In this document: positions 59,183 to 64,000 of the stretch, one piece after another
Layout of the letters: each line of letters begins with the position of its first letter
Numbering within the stretch: position 1 is the first letter of the stretch
From: an uncultured Chloroflexia bacterium
GTDB lineage: Bacteria; Chloroflexota; Chloroflexia; Thermomicrobiales; UBA6265
Assembly: GCA_963724295.1 (NCBI GenBank)
Contig: CAVRUC010000010.1
Coordinates: 224,001-288,000 of the forward strand
Length of the DNA stretch: 64,000 bases
Reading direction: 5' to 3'
Notes under the pieces: model-generated
What the model was told of the DNA's origin: nothing
Database searches by the model: none
What the model saw: only the letters and a program-made list of their open reading frames with translations
Made by a program: the position numbers and the translations under genes

Positions 59183-59375
59183 CTCTGGGTCGCGCCGGGG
59201 ACCTTCACGGTCCGCACCGCACGACACGAGAGATCGCGGGTCTGCCAGGTCGGAGTCGACTGGCAGCCAATGGCGACCGTAGATGGTCGCAACATCGCGG
59301 CGACATGCGGCTCGTCGCGGAGTGCGCAGGATGAAGGGAGTCCAGGTGCGTGAGATCAGAGGTCCTGACAAGGAC

Positions 59376-60713
59376 ATGAATCGCCGAACGCTGCTCAAGG
59401 GGACGGCCGCCCTCTCAACCGCAATCGCGTTCTCACCGCTGGTCGCTGCCCGCGCCGCCGCGCAAGACAACCGGTTGACCGTCTGGGGCGTGGTGTCATT
59501 CACCGAAGAGGGCGATGCCCTGCTCGGCCAGCAGATGCAGGAGTGGGGCGCGGCGAACGGGTTCGAGGTCGAGTACGTCGCCTTGCCAGGCTCCGACTAC
59601 GCGACCCGGCTGGCCACGGCGGTCGAGGCCGGGGATGTCCCGGACGTCGTGATGATGCTCCAGGACATCACCCTCTTCTACGCCGAGCAGGGCCGCCTGG
59701 TCGATGTGACCGACGTCTACGACGAGCTGAAGGATCTCGGCGGCGGTATGTACGAGACGCTGCTGCCGTGGGTCGAGGCCGATGGCAAGATCTACTCGAT
59801 TCCGATGCAGTCGGACGTCAGCGTGATGTACGCGCGGCTTGATTTGATCGAGGAAGTCACCGGGGAGCGCGTGGCGCCGACGACCCTCGACGAGCTAGAG
59901 CAACTCGCCACCGAGATCAACAACCCACCGCAGCTCTACGGCATTGGTCTTACCGTGGGCAGGACACCGGACGCTCACGGGCAGATCGCGCAGATGATTC
60001 TCAACGAAGGCGGCACTCTGGTGGACGAAACGGGAGCCCCCGCCATCGACAACCCCGGGACGATCGCCGCGTTGGAGCGCATGAAGCGCTGGTGGGACAA
60101 TGGGCTGATCCCTGAGAACTCGGCTTCCTGGGACGACTCCGGCAACAATACGGCCTACAACTCGGGCCAGGCGGCCTTCGTCTTCAACCCGGCATCGATC
60201 TTTGCGTATCTGGAGGCGAACGACCCCGAGCTGCTGGCCGAAACGACCCAGGCGCCATTCCCCGCTGGTCCGGCTGGGAATTTCCCGTCGGTCGGGACGT
60301 GGTCCTGGTCGATCTTCGAGGGCAGCCCGAACGTCGATGCCGCCAAGCAGATGATCATCGCCATCATGCAACCGGAGATGGTGCAGGCAGTCTACGAGGA
60401 GGTCGGCGGTCGCTGGTACCCGGTCTATCGCGACCTTGCAGACGCACCGTTCTGGCAGGAGCGGCCCTTCTTCGACGACTTCCCGGAGATCATCGAGAAC
60501 TCACGCCCAATCTGGCATCCAGCGGAGGCGTCGCCGCTGCTCCTTTCTCAGCTTAGCGCGGTCTACCAGACCCTGGTCCTGCCCGACATGCTGCAGCAAG
60601 TGTTGATCAACGACATGCCTGCGGCCGACGCCGCGGCCGAGGCTCAGACTCGCATGGAGCAGGCGTTCGCGGAGGTAGCTGGAGGAGAGGCGGCGGCGAC
60701 TCCGACCGCATAG
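59376..60713 (+). CDS. Tat-exported carbohydrate ABC substrate-binding protein
   Basis: MNRRTLLKGTAAL; GDVPDV, DGKIYSIP, SWDDSGNNTAYNSG. Confidence 0.9.
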   Translation: MNRRTLLKGTAALSTAIAFSPLVAARAAAQDNRLTVWGVVSFTEEGDALLGQQMQEWGAANGFEVEYVALPGSDYATRLATAVEAGDVPDVVMMLQDITLFYAEQGRLVDVTDVYDELKDLGGGMYETLLPWVEADGKIYSIPMQSDVSVMYARLDLIEEVTGERVAPTTLDELEQLATEINNPPQLYGIGLTVGRTPDAHGQIAQMILNEGGTLVDETGAPAIDNPGTIAALERMKRWWDNGLIPENSASWDDSGNNTAYNSGQAAFVFNPASIFAYLEANDPELLAETTQAPFPAGPAGNFPSVGTWSWSIFEGSPNVDAAKQMIIAIMQPEMVQAVYEEVGGRWYPVYRDLADAPFWQERPFFDDFPEIIENSRPIWHPAEASPLLLSQLSAVYQTLVLPDMLQQVLINDMPAADAAAEAQTRMEQAFAEVAGGEAAATPTA

Positions 60714-60847
60714 CCAGAAGCGACGCTTCGGTGCGCTGGGTCACGGCGTACTCTCCGGGCATCGGCCCAGAATGAACGCCGTGGCTCAGTGCAACGGGTG
60801 CGATCCCACAGCGCGGTAGCGCCTACGGGGCGACGAGCGCTCTGAAT

Positions 60848-60979
60848 TGGGCCGGTGAGTCGGTGCGCGGCGTCAAACGCGTGCAGCCAGCCGCCGAGAT
60901 TGTGCGCGAGCTGGCCAGCGACGCCGAGCGCCTCCTCCGCCGCTGGGGTCCCGAAGACGGCCCATCAACGGGTTCCTGA
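60848..60979 (+). pseudogene. Orphan 3' end of a nitronate monooxygenase (direct repeat of 56988-57123)
   Basis: In-frame WAGESVRGVKRVQPAAEIVRELASDAERLLRRWG..stop; shares GAGCGCCTCCTCCGCCGCTGGG exactly. Confidence 0.85.
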
Positions 60980-60995
60980 CGGTCCGGTGCCCGTT

Positions 60996-61036
60996 CCCCC
61001 TCTCCCTGCGCACAGGGAAAGGGCTGGGGTGAGGGC
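60996..61036. repeat. REP-like CCCTCTCCC..GGGCTGGGGTGAGGG element
   Basis: CCCCCTCTCCCTGCGCACAGGGAAAGGGCTGGGGTGAGGGC. Confidence 0.6.
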
Positions 61037-61042
61037 AGCCGC

Positions 61043-61372
61043 TCAGGCTTTCTTCGCCGCCTTCTTTTTCGCCACCGGCAAGAGCTCGGCCGTTCCCGCG
61101 ATCACCTCCCGTAACCGCTCGCCGTCTTCGAGCAGGGCCGCGGGCACCGCGTAGTGATCTTTCGCGCCCGGATAGGGTGGCGCGAGATCGGCATCAGTGA
61201 AGAACTGGTCCGAGATCGCCGTCGGTTTGACGAAGAGCGTGTCGTCGCAGATCAGCGCCACGAACTTCTCGTCGCAATAGAGCCCATACTCGCCAAACAT
61301 GGCGCGGGCGCGCACTGGTAAGGGCGCGAGCTGATCGAGGATGAAATCGATTGTCGCTTTCTCCGTTGCCAT
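61043..61372 (-). CDS. TfoX/Sxy N-terminal domain protein
   Basis: RAMFGEYGLYCDEKFVALICDDTLFVKPT..PPYPGAK. Confidence 0.88.
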   Translation of the reverse strand: MATEKATIDFILDQLAPLPVRARAMFGEYGLYCDEKFVALICDDTLFVKPTAISDQFFTDADLAPPYPGAKDHYAVPAALLEDGERLREVIAGTAELLPVAKKKAAKKA

Positions 61373-61601
61373 TGCTGCGAACCTTTCCCAGGTGACTAAT
61401 CTACGTCAAGGGCGAGGGGGTGATCATGTTGCACCATCCCTTGACCGTGACCAGCATCGTCCAGCGCCAATCCCCACACAGGGAACGCGCTGGCTCTAAG
61501 ATGCGCTCTCGTGACTGCGGCGGGCGTGGCCGCGAGGCACGCGCGACATCTCAAGAGGTCGTCATGGCGAGCGGGACGGAATGAGTGGAAGGGAGGGAGC
61601 G

Positions 61602-62672
61602 ATGTTCGTCTACGTCGGCGCCTATACCGAGCCCCCGTCAGGCTCTGCGGACGGCATCATAGTTTTTCGCTTCGATGCCGGCTCGGGTGAGCTGCACCCG
61701 GTGCAGAACGTGCCCGGGGTGGTCAACCCCTCCTGGCTGACCCTGGATGAGCGAGAGCAGTTCCTCTTCGCGGTCAATGAGGAGGACGAGGGTCGCGTCA
61801 GTGCCTTCTCCCGCGATGTGGCGACCGGGACGCTGCGCCCGCTGAATGACCAGCTCTCCCACGGCGCCGCCCCGTGCTACGTGAGTCCGGATCCCTCCGG
61901 CCGCTATGTCCTGGTGGCGAACTACTCCGGCGGCACCGTCGCCGTGCTGCCGGTCACCGCCAGCGGCCGGCTCGAAGCAGCGACCTGCGTCATCCATCAC
62001 CAGGGATCGAGTATCCGGCCAGAGCAGGAGGGACCGCACCCGCATATGATCCGGCCGTCAGTCGATGGCCGCTTCGTTCTGGTCACCGACCTCGGGACCG
62101 ATCAGGTGCTGGTCTACCGGCTCGACCCCAACACCGGCCAGCTGGCGCCCAACGAGCAAGGCAGGACCGTGGTGTCAGAGCATCCCGGCGCGGGTCCGCG
62201 CCATTTCGCGTTCGACCCGAACGGTCGCACCGTGTATGTCATCAACGAGCTCAACTCAACCGTGACGGTGTACGACTACACGCCGGAGCGCGGCGAGCTC
62301 CACGCGCGCCAGGTCGTCTCGACGCTGCCGGATGGCGTTGATGGACCGGCGATCGGGAACTCATGCGCCCATATCGCCGTCTCACCCGACGGCCGATTCG
62401 TCTACGGCTCGAATCGAGGACACGACAGCATCGCCATCTGGGAGGTCGAGGACGCGAACGGCGAGCTGCGGCCAGCCGGTCACGAGTCGACGCGGGGGAA
62501 GACACCGCGGGGCTTCAGCCTCGATCCGACCGGTTCCTGGTTGCTCGTCGCGAACCAGGAGTCCGACACCATCGTCACGTTTCGCCGAGATCCGGGCTCC
62601 GGCCGTCTCACCGCCGCGGGACCGGTGACGCAGACGCCATCCCCCGTCACCATCCTGTTCAGCTCCGACTGA
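61602..62672 (+). CDS. 6-phosphogluconolactonase-like lactonase (YbhE/Pgl beta-propeller)
   Basis: YVGAYT, NPSW, VANYSGG, HPH, DLGTD, GPRH, SNRGHDSI, PRGF. Confidence 0.9.
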   Translation: MFVYVGAYTEPPSGSADGIIVFRFDAGSGELHPVQNVPGVVNPSWLTLDEREQFLFAVNEEDEGRVSAFSRDVATGTLRPLNDQLSHGAAPCYVSPDPSGRYVLVANYSGGTVAVLPVTASGRLEAATCVIHHQGSSIRPEQEGPHPHMIRPSVDGRFVLVTDLGTDQVLVYRLDPNTGQLAPNEQGRTVVSEHPGAGPRHFAFDPNGRTVYVINELNSTVTVYDYTPERGELHARQVVSTLPDGVDGPAIGNSCAHIAVSPDGRFVYGSNRGHDSIAIWEVEDANGELRPAGHESTRGKTPRGFSLDPTGSWLLVANQESDTIVTFRRDPGSGRLTAAGPVTQTPSPVTILFSSD

Positions 62673-62723
62673 CGAGAGCGGGTCATTGCGGGGCCATCCG
62701 ATGCGATTGGCGGCCTTTCCCCG

Positions 62724-63470
62724 TTACGGCGCTGCCGTCAGCACCCGCTGCAGGAACTGACGCGTGCGTGCCTGCTCGGGGCTGCGGATGAGCCGATCCG
62801 GGGGACCTATCTCCACGATGCTTCCCGCGTCCAGGAACGCCATGCGGTCCGAGATCTGACGCGCGAAGGCAATCTGGTGCGTTGCCAGCAGCATCGTCAT
62901 CCCGATGCCCTTCAGCTCGCGGATGATGTCCAACACCTCACCCACCATCTCGGGATCGAGCGCCGAGGTCACCTCGTCCAGCAGCAGCAGGTCTGGCTTC
63001 AGCGCCAGGGCGCGGACGATTGCCACCCGCTGCTGCTGCCCGCCCGAGAGGCGATCCGGGTACTCGTCCGCTTTGTCCGCCAGCCCGAATCGCTCCAGCA
63101 GCGCCCTCGCCGCTTCCTGCGCCTCCACGCGCTTCGCGCCCAGCACCTGTCTCGGCGCCAGCGTGATGTTGTCCAGCACCGACATGTGCGGGAAGAGGTT
63201 GTACGACTGGAAGACCATACCGATGCGCTGGCGCACTCGGTTCGCGTTCGGCAGCGAGGCCGAAATTGGCTCGCCGTTCAGCCGGATCGAGCCGGCGTTG
63301 ATCTCCTCCAGCAGGTTGATGCAGCGCAGCAGGGTCGATTTGCCGCTGCCCGACGCGCCAATCAGGCTGATCACTTCGTGCGACTCCACCGCCAGGTTGA
63401 TGTTCCGTAGCACCAGATGCTGGTCGTAGGCCTTGTACAGGCCGTCGATCCCGAGAAGCGGTCCGCTCAC
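62724..63470 (-). CDS. Polar amino acid ABC transporter ATP-binding protein
   Basis: GASGSGKS, FQSYNLFPH, LSGGQQQR, LDEVTSALDPE. Confidence 0.95.
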   Translation of the reverse strand: MSGPLLGIDGLYKAYDQHLVLRNINLAVESHEVISLIGASGSGKSTLLRCINLLEEINAGSIRLNGEPISASLPNANRVRQRIGMVFQSYNLFPHMSVLDNITLAPRQVLGAKRVEAQEAARALLERFGLADKADEYPDRLSGGQQQRVAIVRALALKPDLLLLDEVTSALDPEMVGEVLDIIRELKGIGMTMLLATHQIAFARQISDRMAFLDAGSIVEIGPPDRLIRSPEQARTRQFLQRVLTAAP

Positions 63471-64000
63471 ACCGCGCCCCCGACCGTCCGGCGCTCCGCC
63501 GTGCGAGCGAGCAGGTAATCCGTGAAGCGCGCCAGCGGGATCGTCACCGCGATGAAGATGAGCCCTGCCGCGAGATAGCTCGTGAAGTTGAAGTTGAGGC
63601 TCGCGTAGATCTGCGCCTGTCGCGTCGCCTCCAGGGGCCCCAGTACCGAGATCAGCGCCGTCTCTTTCTGCAGCGCCACGAAGCCGCTCAACGTCGGCGG
63701 AATCACCCGCCGCACCGCCTGCGGCAGCACCACGAAGCGCAGCGCCTGCGCGCTCGAGAGGCCGAGCGAACGCGCGGCGGCCCGTTGGCTGGCGTGCACC
63801 GACTCGATCCCCGCCCGGAACACCTCAGCCTGGTATGCGGAGGAGGTGAGGATGCAGGCCACCGTCCCCCAGAAGACGGCCGTGTTCGGCACGCCGGGCA
63901 ACCGCAGTGCCGGCACGCCGAACCCGAGCGTCAGGATCACGAGCAGGGAGGGCGCCCCGCGGAAGATGTCGATGTACGCCACGACCGCTGCCCGCGCCGG
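63467..64000 (-). CDS. Polar amino acid ABC transporter permease (5' truncated by the window)
   Basis: YIDIFRGAP, SAYQAEVFRAGI, AARSLGL, LPQA, KETAL. Confidence 0.92.
   Translation of the reverse strand, partial: PARAAVVAYIDIFRGAPSLLVILTLGFGVPALRLPGVPNTAVFWGTVACILTSSAYQAEVFRAGIESVHASQRAAARSLGLSSAQALRFVVLPQAVRRVIPPTLSGFVALQKETALISVLGPLEATRQAQIYASLNFNFTSYLAAGLIFIAVTIPLARFTDYLLARTAERRTVGGAV

Overview
High-GC bacterial chromosomal segment. By inference it is Chloroflexota, probably Thermomicrobiales-like, based on RFD..SRR twin-arginine leaders, ATPxA motifs, a Chloroflexi-type TPR module and tandem Yip1 genes. It holds about 65 mostly metabolic, transport and secreted-protein genes, one tRNA-Cys(GCA), a VapBC pair, a HEPN pair and an ArsR/P1B-ATPase metal-efflux unit. 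I see no CRISPR array, integrase, transposase or reverse transcriptase. The most striking gene (15231-17849, minus) encodes a prokaryotic pentameric ligand-gated ion channel (Pro-loop YPWD, M1-M4). It is fused behind a type-I periplasmic binding (LIVBP/Venus-flytrap) domain, an extra membrane helix and a cytoplasmic TPR module. It lies at the end of a ~17-kb mostly co-directional region with two CxAxR sulfatases, a formylglycine-generating enzyme, a K+ channel and CPA1, ZIP and BASS transporters. Several orphan copies of neighbouring genes occur as direct repeats: a nitronate-monooxygenase tail bracketing a sugar ABC operon, a DUF1622 tail, and a 56-bp piece of a sulfatase. Intergenic DNA is rich in degenerate 7/8-nt tandem arrays and REP-like palindromes. 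About ten genes carry single-base frameshifts, most likely long-read indel errors. All family calls come from motifs recognised by eye; no database search was run.
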